DNA of 64,000 bases from Alphaproteobacteria bacterium (GTDB taxonomy: Bacteria > Pseudomonadota > Alphaproteobacteria > UBA828), in the NCBI GenBank assembly GCA_963667785.2, contig CAXXMU010000002.1, positions 909,933 through 973,932 of the forward strand, written 5' to 3'. This document shows, in pieces, positions 52,125-61,051 of the stretch (positions are counted from its first letter, which is position 1; every line of letters begins with the position of its first letter). Position numbers and translations under genes: made by a program. Below the pieces are notes generated by a model that was not told the origin of the DNA, did no database searches, and saw only the letters and a list, made by a program, of their open reading frames with translations.

Positions 52125-53601
52125 GCTCCGCCTCCCCCGACCGCAGGCCCACGAGCCGGGTCGCGGCGCTCGCCTCGCCGCCCGCCTCGTGCAGGGCCTT
52201 GCGGAGCAGCGCCTGCGCCGTCTCCAGCCGGTAGCGCGCGCTGGCCCGCATGTCGTCGATGGGCCGGAAATCCGACGCCAGCGCCTCGCAGGCGGCGTCC
52301 CAGTCCTGCTGCTCCCCAAGCCGCAGGCCCTCGAGGGTGGCTTCCGTCGCGGCGGCGCGCTTCGGCGTGGCCGCCATGCCGCCGAAGGCCACGCGCGCGC
52401 CCGTGACGCGCCCCGCCTCCACGGTGAACCTGAAGGCGCCGAGGAGCGCGGAGATGTCCTGGTCGAAGCGCTTGGAGATCTTGTAGCAGCGGAAGACCTG
52501 GCCGGGGCCGAGGCGGGGTACGTCGATGCCGGTCACGAACTCGCCCGGCGCCAGGTCCTGCTTGCCGTAGTCGATGAAGAAGTCCTCGAGTGGCAGCGAC
52601 CGCGTCGCCTGCTGCCTGCGCAGGTGCAGCGTCGCGCCGAGCGCGATCAGGGCGGGCGGCGTATCGCCGATCGGGGAGCCGTTGGCGATGTTGCCGCCGA
52701 GCGTCCCCACGGCGCGGACCTGCTTGGCGCCGAGACGGCGGAACAGCTCGACGAGATCGGGATCGATCGCCGCCATGGCGCCTTCGGCGCGCGCGTAGGT
52801 GACGCCGGCGCCGATCGCGAAGCCCCGCTCCGTCTCGCGTATGTCCGCCAGGCCGGCCACCCGGCCGACGTGAATGATCTTCGGCAACGACCGCAACTGC
52901 TTGGTGATCCACAACCCCACGTCGGTGGCGCCCGCGACCAGCGTGGCGTCCGGGTGCCGGGCGTAGAGGCGGGCGAGAGAGTCGACCGTGGCCGGCGCCG
53001 CGAAGAAGCCCGTCGCCTCGTCGCCGACGAGGAGGTCCTCGCCGTCGTCGAGCGCCGCCAGGCGTTCGGCGGTGGCCGCACGCTGCGCCGCGAATGCGTC
53101 GCGCGGCGCGCCGTCGCACACCTCCAGCGCGGCGTCGACGATCGGCCGGTAACCGGTGCAGCGGCAGAGATTGCCGGCAAGCCCGTCGTTCACCGCCTGC
53201 CGGTCAGAGCGCCCGCCCGCGTGGTAGAGGGTGAAGAGACTCATCACGATGCCCGGCGTGCAGAAGCCGCACTGGCTGCCGTGATGCCTGAGCACCGCGT
53301 CCTGCACCGGGTGCAGCGCGCCCGCCGTGCCGGCCAGGTCTTCCACGGCGACCAGCTCCTTGCCGTCGATCATGCCGAGCAGGCAGATGCAGGCGTTGAC
53401 CGGCTCGTATTCCAGCCTGCCGTCCTGCAGGGTGCCGAGCGCCACGGTGCAGGCGCCGCAGTCACCCTCGGCGCAGCCCTCCTTGCTGCCGCAGGCCTGG
53501 CGGCGCAGCCGCAGATAGTCGAGGAGGGTCTCGTTCGCGCCTACATCGGCGAGCGAGACGACCTCTCCGCGGTGGAGAAACCGGACCGACGAGCGCGTCA
53601 T
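52114..53601 (-). CDS. xdhA: Xanthine dehydrogenase small subunit (Fe-S/FAD)
   Basis: KEGCAEGDCGAC, SQCGFCTPG, GNLCRCTGY, AGATDVGLW, NGSPIGD, KISKRFDQDIS. Confidence 0.95.
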   Translation of the reverse strand: MTRSSVRFLHRGEVVSLADVGANETLLDYLRLRRQACGSKEGCAEGDCGACTVALGTLQDGRLEYEPVNACICLLGMIDGKELVAVEDLAGTAGALHPVQDAVLRHHGSQCGFCTPGIVMSLFTLYHAGGRSDRQAVNDGLAGNLCRCTGYRPIVDAALEVCDGAPRDAFAAQRAATAERLAALDDGEDLLVGDEATGFFAAPATVDSLARLYARHPDATLVAGATDVGLWITKQLRSLPKIIHVGRVAGLADIRETERGFAIGAGVTYARAEGAMAAIDPDLVELFRRLGAKQVRAVGTLGGNIANGSPIGDTPPALIALGATLHLRRQQATRSLPLEDFFIDYGKQDLAPGEFVTGIDVPRLGPGQVFRCYKISKRFDQDISALLGAFRFTVEAGRVTGARVAFGGMAATPKRAAATEATLEGLRLGEQQDWDAACEALASDFRPIDDMRASARYRLETAQALLRKALHEAGGEASAATRLVGLRSGEAERAA

Positions 53602-53604
53602 GCC

Positions 53605-53958
53605 TCAGCTTCCGCGATAGGTGGAATAGCCGTAAGCCGAGAGCAGCAGCGGAACGTGGTAGTGGCCTTGCGGATCCGCCACGCCGAAGCGCACCGGCAC
53701 GACATCGAGGAACGGCGGCTCGGGAAGCGGCCCGCCGGCGCGCCTCCGATAGTCGCCGGCCATGAAGCGCAGCTCGTAGGTCCCGGCGGCGAACGCGTCG
53801 CCTTCCAGCAGGGGGCCCTCAACCCGGCCGTCGTCGTTCGTCACGACCGTCTTGAGTCGTTCCGCCTCGGCGCCCTCCAGGCGCCAGAGCTCCAGCTCCA
53901 GCCCCCGCGCCGGCGTGCCCGACGTCAGGTCGAGCACATGTGTCGTCAATCGCCCGAT
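53605..53958 (-). CDS. uraH: 5-hydroxyisourate hydrolase
   Basis: GRLTTHVLD...[25 protein letters not shown]; start uncertain (ATC at 53958, TTG at 53949, or an upstream ATG). Confidence 0.93.
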   Translation of the reverse strand: MGRLTTHVLDLTSGTPARGLELELWRLEGAEAERLKTVVTNDDGRVEGPLLEGDAFAAGTYELRFMAGDYRRRAGGPLPEPPFLDVVPVRFGVADPQGHYHVPLLLSAYGYSTYRGS

Positions 53959-54033
53959 CGGTCCGCACTCCCCGGTTCCCGAAGGCCGCATTCCCGCGTC
54001 TTCAGGACGACCGGAGATTGTCCACGATTCTAT

Positions 54034-54061
54034 GACATCGCAAAAGAGACATCGCAAAAGA
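54034..54061. promoter_or_regulatory. 14-bp tandem direct repeat upstream of the purine operon
   Basis: GACATCGCAAAAGA x2 (54034-54047, 54048-54061), next to a minus-strand TAGAAT (54032-54027). Confidence 0.55.
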
Positions 54062-54106
54062 ACGGTAGTTCGCGAACGCCGGCAAGAAAGGCTGGTCAGC
54101 GCGTTG

Positions 54107-54252
54107 TCCGACCCTGCGGTGTCACCGCGGCTTGAACGACTCCCACCTCCCCCTGTCCCCCTCCCCCAAAGGCGGAGGGGGAACGTAGGTAGCGCCGCTC
54201 TGCTCTCCCTCTCCTCCCCGCCGGGGAGGAGAGGGTCGGGGAGAGGTGGGGG
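54107..54252 (-). repeat. Composite hairpin repeat, family 2, copy B
   Basis: Reverse-complement match to 24011-24093; hairpin CCCTCTCCTCCCC-GCC-GGGGAGGAGAGGG at 54207-54235. Confidence 0.85.
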
Positions 54253-54331
54253 TATCCGGGCCGCACCGCATGCGGAAAGGGGAACGTGCGACAACTGGAC
54301 GCGACCCTTTCAGATCAAAACGCTCCAGCGC

Positions 54332-55321
54332 TCAGGCGAAGAGCGCCTGGGCCATGAAGGTGCGCGCATCGATGTTGGCGCCGCAGACGACGACCGCCGT
54401 GCGCCTGCCCCGCAGGGAGCTCGCGAGCGGGCCGAGCAGCGCCGCCGTCGCCGCAGCACCCGCCGGCTCCACCGCGAGCTTCATCTCCGCGAAGAGCAGC
54501 CCCATGGCGCGGCGCATCGCCTCGTCGTCGATTCTCACCAGCTCGTCCACGTAGGCCCGGCAGAGCCCGAAGGAATAGGGGGCGGCATGGGGCGCGCCGA
54601 GACTGTCGGCGATGGTCCTCACGCGCTCGATCGCCTGCGGCGAGCCCGCGGCGAAGCTCCGGTGCATGGTGTCGGCGCCGTCGGGCTCCACGCCGTAGAC
54701 CCGGCACCCCGGCTGCAGGGTCTTGATGGCGCAGGAGACTCCGGCGCAGAGGCCGCCGCCGCCGATGGGGACGATCACCGCATCGAGAGCGGGCGCCTGG
54801 CGCGCAAGCTCGAGGCCCACCGTCGCGGTGCCGAGCGCGGTCACGGGCCCCTCGAAGGGGTGGATCAGCGTGCGCCCCTCGTCAGCCTCGATGGCGCGCA
54901 CGGCCTCGAAGGCAGTGTGCACGTCCGGCACCTGCACCAGCGCGGCGCCGTAGCGGCGCACCTGGGCGACGCGGAACGGATCGGCGCCTTCCATCATCAC
55001 CACCTTGGCCGAGGCGCCGACACGCTGCGCGGCGTAGGCAACCGCAATGGCGTGGTTGCCGGCGCTCACCGCGGTGACGCCCCGCGCCCGCGCCGCCTCG
55101 TCGAGGGCGAGCGCGTTCAGTAGCGCGCCGCGCGCCTTGAAGGTGCCGGTGCGCTGGAAGAGCTCGAGCTTGAGGAAGACCGCGCTCTCGGCGCCGAGCG
55201 CCGCCGCGAGGGTCTCGCTCCGCCAGCGCTGCACCGGGGTCTCGTCGACGAGATCGCCGAGAGTCTCCCGCGCTTCCTCTATCGCGGCGAGGTCCGGCGG
55301 GGCTGCGCTCTCGCCTGTCAC
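54332..55321 (-). CDS. Threonine/serine dehydratase (PLP fold II, no regulatory domain)
   Basis: LKLELFQRTGTFKARGA, SAGNHA, HPF, PIGGGGL, VEPAGA, CGANID; GTG start overlaps the upstream stop. Confidence 0.92.
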   Translation of the reverse strand: MTGESAAPPDLAAIEEARETLGDLVDETPVQRWRSETLAAALGAESAVFLKLELFQRTGTFKARGALLNALALDEAARARGVTAVSAGNHAIAVAYAAQRVGASAKVVMMEGADPFRVAQVRRYGAALVQVPDVHTAFEAVRAIEADEGRTLIHPFEGPVTALGTATVGLELARQAPALDAVIVPIGGGGLCAGVSCAIKTLQPGCRVYGVEPDGADTMHRSFAAGSPQAIERVRTIADSLGAPHAAPYSFGLCRAYVDELVRIDDEAMRRAMGLLFAEMKLAVEPAGAAATAALLGPLASSLRGRRTAVVVCGANIDARTFMAQALFA

Positions 55322-56121
55322 CAGGACGCCTGCTCGCCGCGAAAGCGCGGCGGGCGCTTCGCGACGAAGGCCTCCACCGCCTCGCGGTGATCGGCGCTGC
55401 CGCCGAGCACGCCGTAGGTGGCCGAGGCCCGGTCGAGCCCGGCGCGTAGGTCGCCGCCGATGCCGTCCCGCACCAGCCGCTTGATGGCGCGGATGGCGAG
55501 CGTCGGGCCGTCCGCGAGCCGGCGCGCGAGGGACATGGTGCGCTCCATCAGCTCGTCGTCGGGCCAGACGCGGTTGACGAGGCCGATGCGCTCGGCCTCC
55601 GCCGCGTCGATGGCATCGCCCGTCCACAGCAGCTCGAGCGCCTTCGCCTGCCCCACCAGCCGGGGCAGCCAGTGGGCGCCGCCTGCGCCGGGCGCGAGGC
55701 CGACCTTCACGTAGGTCTCCGCGAACGTGGCCGAGGCGCCTGCGAAGCGCAGATCCATCGCCAGCGCGAGATCGAGACCCGCCCCGATGGCGGCGCCGTT
55801 GATGGCGGCGATCGCGGGCTTGTCCATGTCGGCGAGCGTGAGGGGAATGCGGTGAACGTGCTCGCCGATCAGCGCCCGCTGCTCCGCCGCCGAGCGCTCC
55901 AGCCCCTCCCCCATGAGCTCCTTGATGTCGCCGCCGCTGCAGAAGGCCTTGCCCGCCCCGGTCACCACCACCACGTGCACGTCCTCGCGCGCCCGGCACT
56001 CGGCGAGCGCCGCGGCCCAGGCGTCGATCATCGAGCGGGTGAAGGCGTTGCGCCGCTCCGGCCGGTCGAGGGTAATCGTCGCGATCCTGTCGGCGACCTC
56101 CAGGCGGATGTCGTCGCTCAT
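55318..56121 (-). CDS. Enoyl-CoA hydratase/isomerase family protein
   Basis: LDRPERRNA, AFCSGGD, AINGAAIGAG, GLAPGAGG, EAVEAF.AKR.P.F. Confidence 0.93.
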   Translation of the reverse strand: MSDDIRLEVADRIATITLDRPERRNAFTRSMIDAWAAALAECRAREDVHVVVVTGAGKAFCSGGDIKELMGEGLERSAAEQRALIGEHVHRIPLTLADMDKPAIAAINGAAIGAGLDLALAMDLRFAGASATFAETYVKVGLAPGAGGAHWLPRLVGQAKALELLWTGDAIDAAEAERIGLVNRVWPDDELMERTMSLARRLADGPTLAIRAIKRLVRDGIGGDLRAGLDRASATYGVLGGSADHREAVEAFVAKRPPRFRGEQASW

Positions 56122-57152
56122 GGGCGGGCTCCCTCCCCTGCTGCTGCGGCGGCGTCAGTGCCGGCAGTGCCGGCGGCGACCAGAGTCGGCCAGAGCGCCC
56201 CGCCGCCGCCCTGCCCTGCCTCGGTGCCGAGCACCCGCCACCAGTGGGCCTCGTTGCCGCATTCGTCGCGCCAGGCCCAGAGCCGCTTGGTCCAGTGGTG
56301 CAGGTCGTGCTCGGCGGTGTAGCCGATGGCGCCGTGCACCTGGTGCGCGAGCCGGGCGACCGCGCCCGCGGCCTGGCTCGCCCGCGCCTTGGCCGCGGCG
56401 AAGGCGAAGGGGGTGCGCGCCTCAGACGCCGCGTCCACCGCCGCACCGCTCGCCGCCGCCTCGCCCGCGATCTCCGCGAGATGGTGCTGGATCGCCTGGA
56501 ACCGCGCCAGCGGCCGGCCGAACTGCTCCCGTTCGCTGGCATAGCGCACGGTCATGGCGAGCGCCTGCTCCATCGCGCCCCGTAGCTGGGCGGCGCGGGC
56601 GAGCGCCATCAGCAGGGCGCCGTCGGTATCGGGCGGCAGGGTGCCGGCGGCGACCGGCAAGCCCGAGAGAGCCATGTCGTCGCGCGGCTCGCCGGCGAGG
56701 TTGGCGCCCGGGATCACATCGGCCGGCCTGCGGAGTGCCAGCGTCCCCTCCGGCCCGATGACCGCGACCGCCGAGGCGAAGCGCGCCCACGGCACCCGCC
56801 GCAGGGTGACGCCACCGCCCTCCTCGCCCGCCGCCGTCGCGCAGAGGACGAGCGGGCCGGTTGGAGCTTCCATCCCGGCGGCGTGGCAGAGCAGCGTCGC
56901 CATCATGGTTTCGGCGACCGGCAGCGGCGCGGCATGGCGGCCTGCCGCGCGCAGCACGGCGAGCCCCGCCGCGAGCCCGGCGCCGCCCGCATCTTCCGGC
57001 AGGGCTGCCTGGGCCAGCCCGGTCCCGGCGAAGGCCTGCCACGCGTCGTCCGGCCACTCTCCCTTCGCTAGCGCGGCGCGGGCCGGCCCGCTTTCCGCCG
57101 CGAACAGGTCGTCCGCGGTCTGCTCGATCAGGCGCAGGGTGTCGTCGCTCAT
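56118..57152 (-). CDS. Acyl-CoA dehydrogenase, short degenerate partner subunit
   Basis: REQFGRPLARFQAIQH, AHQVHGAIGYT.E; N-terminal FAD motif degenerate. Confidence 0.88.
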   Translation of the reverse strand: MSDDTLRLIEQTADDLFAAESGPARAALAKGEWPDDAWQAFAGTGLAQAALPEDAGGAGLAAGLAVLRAAGRHAAPLPVAETMMATLLCHAAGMEAPTGPLVLCATAAGEEGGGVTLRRVPWARFASAVAVIGPEGTLALRRPADVIPGANLAGEPRDDMALSGLPVAAGTLPPDTDGALLMALARAAQLRGAMEQALAMTVRYASEREQFGRPLARFQAIQHHLAEIAGEAAASGAAVDAASEARTPFAFAAAKARASQAAGAVARLAHQVHGAIGYTAEHDLHHWTKRLWAWRDECGNEAHWWRVLGTEAGQGGGGALWPTLVAAGTAGTDAAAAAGEGARP

Positions 57153-57163
57153 CGGCTCCTCCC

Positions 57164-58333
57164 TCACCTGACCCCGAGGCCGCGCGCGATGATCGAGCGC
57201 AGGATCTCGTTGGTGCCGCCCCTGAGCGTGAAGGAGGGCAGCCCCAGCACCGACGCCCCCAGCGCGGACGCGAGCGAGGGCGCATTGTCGCCCGCACCGT
57301 CACGATCGCCGGCAACGGGCTCGAGCGGCACGGCGCGGCGCAGGGTTTCGGCGACCTCGGCCTCGAAGCGGGTGCCCATGTCCTTGACGATGGCGGCCTC
57401 GACGTCCGGCAGCGCGCCGGCCTCGAGCCGGCCGGCGACGGCGAGCGACATGGCACGCAGCGCATGGAACTCCGCCACGAGACGCCCGATCGCCTCGGCG
57501 AGCCGCGGCTCCGGCGCCGGTCCCGCCGCCTCGACCAGCGCCGCCAGCAGGTGGAAGGTGCTGAGGATGCGTTCCGGCCCGCTGCGCTCCAGCGCGAGCT
57601 CGCCGGTGACCTGGCGCCAGCCGTCGCCCTCCCGGCCGATCAGCCGGTCGGCGGGAATGGCGACGCCGTCGAAGACGCACTCGTTGAAGTCGTGCTTGCC
57701 GGCGAGGTTGACGATGGGGTTGACCTCGACGCCGTCGCCCTCCAGGTCGATCAGGAACTGGCTGAGCCCCTCGTGGCGGCTCTCTCCCGGCGGGCCGGTG
57801 CGGCAGAGCGCGATCATGTAGTGGGAGCGGTGGGCGTTGCTGGTCCACACCTTGGTCCCGTCGATGCGCCAGCCGTCCCCGCTCGGCACCGCGCGGGTGC
57901 GTACCGAGGCGAGGTCGGAGCCGGAATCGGGCTCGCTCATGCCGATGGCGAAGTAGCACTCGCCGGCGGCAATGCGGGGAAGGATGGCCCGGCGCTGCGC
58001 CTCGCTGCCGAAGCGGAGCAGCAACGGGCCGCTCTGCCGGTCCGCCACCCAGTGGGCGTAGACGGGCGCGCCTGCAGCCAACAGCTCCTCGATCACGACG
58101 TAGCGCTCCAGCGCCGAGCGCTCGTGCCCGCCATACGCCGCGGGCCAGGTCATGCCGATCCAGCCCCGCGCGCCCAGCGCGCGGCTGAAGGAGGCGGACC
58201 AGTCGGAGCCGAAATCGGAATCGGGCCGCCAGCCCTCTTCCGCCCGGCTCTCGGCGAGGAACGCGCGGACCTCGGCGCGGAGCGCGTCGACGCCGGGCGG
58301 CATCACGGGCGGCGGGAAGTCGAACCCGGTCAC
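57164..58333 (-). CDS. Acyl-CoA dehydrogenase
   Basis: IGMSEPDSGSDLAS, GTKVWTS, FNECVFD, LERSG, TLRGGTNEILR.IIA. Confidence 0.93.
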   Translation of the reverse strand: MTGFDFPPPVMPPGVDALRAEVRAFLAESRAEEGWRPDSDFGSDWSASFSRALGARGWIGMTWPAAYGGHERSALERYVVIEELLAAGAPVYAHWVADRQSGPLLLRFGSEAQRRAILPRIAAGECYFAIGMSEPDSGSDLASVRTRAVPSGDGWRIDGTKVWTSNAHRSHYMIALCRTGPPGESRHEGLSQFLIDLEGDGVEVNPIVNLAGKHDFNECVFDGVAIPADRLIGREGDGWRQVTGELALERSGPERILSTFHLLAALVEAAGPAPEPRLAEAIGRLVAEFHALRAMSLAVAGRLEAGALPDVEAAIVKDMGTRFEAEVAETLRRAVPLEPVAGDRDGAGDNAPSLASALGASVLGLPSFTLRGGTNEILRSIIARGLGVR

Positions 58334-58372
58334 GGCGAATCCTTAATCGCTCACGGCAGCCGGCCTGCGCCG

Positions 58373-58807
58373 TCAGAGCGATGCGGCGTGCGGCAACCGC
58401 CGCATGGCCGCGTCGAAGGTGTAGACGCGGGTCAATGCCTCGCCGGCGTCGGACGCGGTCCGCAGCGCCTTGAACACGATCAGCGCGTCGGCGAAACCGG
58501 CGCCCTTCGCCGACCCGGCCTCGCCGGCGGGCGCAGTGCCCCGGTACGCCTGCAGGGCGCGCCAGACCACCTGATCGTCCTCGAACCGGACATGCGGCTC
58601 GCTGAACAGCCGTTCCAGCGCCGTCACCAGTTCGGCTTTCGCCAGTCGGTACTTGCGGCCGGAGAGCGTCCACACGGCTTCCGCCAGCACGACATCGGTG
58701 ATCAGGACGCTCTCCGCGCCCTCAAACAGGGCATCCGCGCGGGCGGCCTGGGCCTCGTCGTCGTGCAGCAGATAGCGGAGCAGGACGCTGGTATCGACGG
58801 CGATCAA
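58373..58807 (-). CDS. vapC: VapC/PIN-domain toxin
   Basis: IAVDTSVLLRYL..DD, VLAE.VW.L, GFADALI, YTFD; TTG start overlaps the antitoxin stop. Confidence 0.88.
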   Translation of the reverse strand: MIAVDTSVLLRYLLHDDEAQAARADALFEGAESVLITDVVLAEAVWTLSGRKYRLAKAELVTALERLFSEPHVRFEDDQVVWRALQAYRGTAPAGEAGSAKGAGFADALIVFKALRTASDAGEALTRVYTFDAAMRRLPHAASL

Positions 58808-59031
58808 GGCGTCGTCTCGTCCAGCGCGTCCTGCAGGGACTCCTCGTCGCCATAGGCGGGATCGCCTGCCACGTCGCGGAGGACACCCCTGGCCGCGCCA
58901 GCGGTCTTCCGCACGATGGTGATGCGGCCATCGGCGACATAGCTGCGGTACTCGTCCCCAGGCCCGATCCCGACTTCCTTGCACTGGTCGACGGGGAGCG
59001 TGATCTGGCGCTTGGCGCTCACGAGCGGCAT
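58804..59031 (-). CDS. vapB: AbrB/MazE/SpoVT-family antitoxin
   Basis: VSAKRQITLP......GI.PGD; GAGGAG RBS; coupled upstream of the PIN gene. Confidence 0.85.
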   Translation of the reverse strand: MPLVSAKRQITLPVDQCKEVGIGPGDEYRSYVADGRITIVRKTAGAARGVLRDVAGDPAYGDEESLQDALDETTP

Positions 59032-59048
59032 GAGGTCGTGCTCCTCGA

Positions 59049-59108
59049 TTTGTCCAATCGGGACAAACACTATGCGCCTCTTTACCAATGTTCAATCGGT
59101 AAAGAGGC
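59049..59108. promoter_or_regulatory. Two inverted repeats upstream of the TA operon (putative autoregulatory operators)
   Basis: TTTGTCC-N5-GGACAAA (59049-59067) and GCCTCTTTACC-N11-GGTAAAGAGGC (59076-59108). Confidence 0.55.
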
Positions 59109-59125
59109 CGCGGCGGGGCGGGCGC

Positions 59126-60178
59126 TCAGCGGCCGAAGGTCTGGCCGTAGCGCGCGAGCTTGGCGCGCCATGCCGCGTTGTCGCGGATATCGCCGTTGAC
59201 GATGCCCTGCGGCGCCTCGCCCCGCATCAGCGCCTTGCAGGCGGCAACATCGTCGGCGCCGAGGCCGGCGAAGCACTGGTCCGTCCAGGCCAGCGCGTGC
59301 GGCGCGAAGACCACGTTGTCGAGCTTGAGGATGGGGTCGTCCGGGTCCGGCGGCTCAGGGTCGAGCACGTCGAGGCCGGCGCCGGCGATCCGCCCCTCCT
59401 GCAGCGCCGCAGTCAGCGCCTTCTGGTCGACCGTGCCGCCGCGCGAGGTGTTCACGAAGTAGGCGGTGGGCTTCATCAGTCCGATGAGGCGGGCGTCGAC
59501 GATGTGGCGGGTCTCCTCGCTCAGCGGGCAGTTGACGGTGAGGATGTCGGAGTCGCGGCAGAGCGTGTCGAGATCCACCATCCGCACGCCGAGCTCCGCC
59601 GCCACCGCCGGGTCGGCATAGGGATCGCAGGCGATGAAGTCCATGTCGAAGGGGGCGGCCAGGCGGAACATCTCGGCCCCGATATTGCCGATGCCGACCG
59701 AGCCGAGCGTCTTGCCGACGAGGCCAATACCCATGTGCGCCCCCTTGCGGGCGAAGCCCGGCGGCCCCTCCAGGGTGAGCTGGTGCTTGAGCAGGAGCTT
59801 GCCGGTGACGGCGAGGATCAGCGCGATGATGGCGACGGCGACCGGCCGGCGCACGCCGTTCGGCGTGATGACGAGCGCGATATCGTTGTCGGAGCAGGCG
59901 GGCACGTCGACCGTGTCGTAGCCGACGCCGAAGCGCGCGACCATGGCGAGGCGGCCGTCGGCCGGCACGCTGGAGCGGTCGAAGCGCTGGGCGAGCAGGA
60001 TCAGCGCGTCGTGCCCGGCGAGCTCGGCCGCGTCCACCGGGCCGTCGCCGTTCTCGAGGTAGCGCCAGTCGATGTCCGGGTCCTCGTCGAGCGGCGTGCG
60101 GTCGAACATCGGGAAGAGCGGCTCGCCGTCGGCGGTGAGGAAATCCCTGCTCAATGCGACTCTGAACTTGTCGGCCAT
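59126..60178 (-). CDS. D-isomer-specific 2-hydroxyacid dehydrogenase
   Basis: RFGVGYD, GIGNIG, VNTSRG, GAGLDV...EP, APHA. Confidence 0.92.
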   Translation of the reverse strand: MADKFRVALSRDFLTADGEPLFPMFDRTPLDEDPDIDWRYLENGDGPVDAAELAGHDALILLAQRFDRSSVPADGRLAMVARFGVGYDTVDVPACSDNDIALVITPNGVRRPVAVAIIALILAVTGKLLLKHQLTLEGPPGFARKGAHMGIGLVGKTLGSVGIGNIGAEMFRLAAPFDMDFIACDPYADPAVAAELGVRMVDLDTLCRDSDILTVNCPLSEETRHIVDARLIGLMKPTAYFVNTSRGGTVDQKALTAALQEGRIAGAGLDVLDPEPPDPDDPILKLDNVVFAPHALAWTDQCFAGLGADDVAACKALMRGEAPQGIVNGDIRDNAAWRAKLARYGQTFGR

Positions 60179-60194
60179 AACCTTCTGATCTCCC

Positions 60195-60995
60195 TTATCT
60201 CTTCTTCCGCCTGCGGCCGCGCTTGCAGCGGGCGCGCAAGCCTTCCGCGCCCTCCCGCATCGCCTGCTGCAGCAGCCAGACATCGCCCGAATAGCAGATG
60301 AAGTCGAAGCCTTCGGCGAAGAGCGCCGCGCCCGTCTCCACGTTCGGCACCAGCCGGCCGAGCGACTTGTTGTTGCGGTGCGCGGCCCTGGCGATGCGCG
60401 CCACGGCCGCCGTGAAGTCGGGGTGGTCGAACTGGCCGGCGATGCCCATGGAGACCGAGAGGTCGAAGTGGCCGATCCAGAGCAGGTCGACATCGGCGAT
60501 CGCCGCGATCTCGTCGGCGTTCTCCACCCCTTCGGCGGTCTCGATCAGGGCGACGAAGGTGCAGCGCCGATTGGCGTCGCGCAGCTTCTTCTTCGTGTCC
60601 CCCGGCGCGTAGCCGTCATGGGCGATCTGCAGCGCCACGCCACGCTCGCCCTTTGGCGCATACTTGACGTAGCCGAGCAGCTCCTTCGCCACCTTCGCCG
60701 AGCCCACCATCGGCAGCATGATGCCCTCGGCGCCCATGTCCATGGCGCGCGCCGCGTGGTGGTACTCGCGGGAGGGCACGCGCACGATCGTCGGCATGTC
60801 GCCCGCCTGCATGTAGCGCAGCGCCTGCTTCAGCGTGTCGAAGCCGAAGCCCGAGTGCTCCATGTCGAGCAGCACGTACTCGCAGCCGGCGGCCTTGAGG
60901 ATCTGGCCGATCCCCGGCGTGCTGAACTCGACCACGAAGGTGCCGACCTTGAGCCGGCCGTGGCGTGTCATCTCCTTGAGGGCGTGTTGCGCCAT
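60195..60995 (-). CDS. HpcH/HpaI aldolase family protein
   Basis: LDMEHS, VRVP, MDMGAEGIMLPMV, P.G.RG, LIET.EG, IGHFDLS.SMG. Confidence 0.92.
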   Translation of the reverse strand: MAQHALKEMTRHGRLKVGTFVVEFSTPGIGQILKAAGCEYVLLDMEHSGFGFDTLKQALRYMQAGDMPTIVRVPSREYHHAARAMDMGAEGIMLPMVGSAKVAKELLGYVKYAPKGERGVALQIAHDGYAPGDTKKKLRDANRRCTFVALIETAEGVENADEIAAIADVDLLWIGHFDLSVSMGIAGQFDHPDFTAAVARIARAAHRNNKSLGRLVPNVETGAALFAEGFDFICYSGDVWLLQQAMREGAEGLRARCKRGRRRKKR

Positions 60996-61051
60996 GCCTT
61001 TCTTCCCCTGTCGCTCGGACGTTTCCCTGTTTCCCTGCCCGGCCGGACACC

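Noticed and set aside
53959-54294. Long N-terminal extension of uraH in the ORF track
   Set aside because: It runs through the promoter and a family 2 repeat; family similarity begins at GRLTTHVLD.
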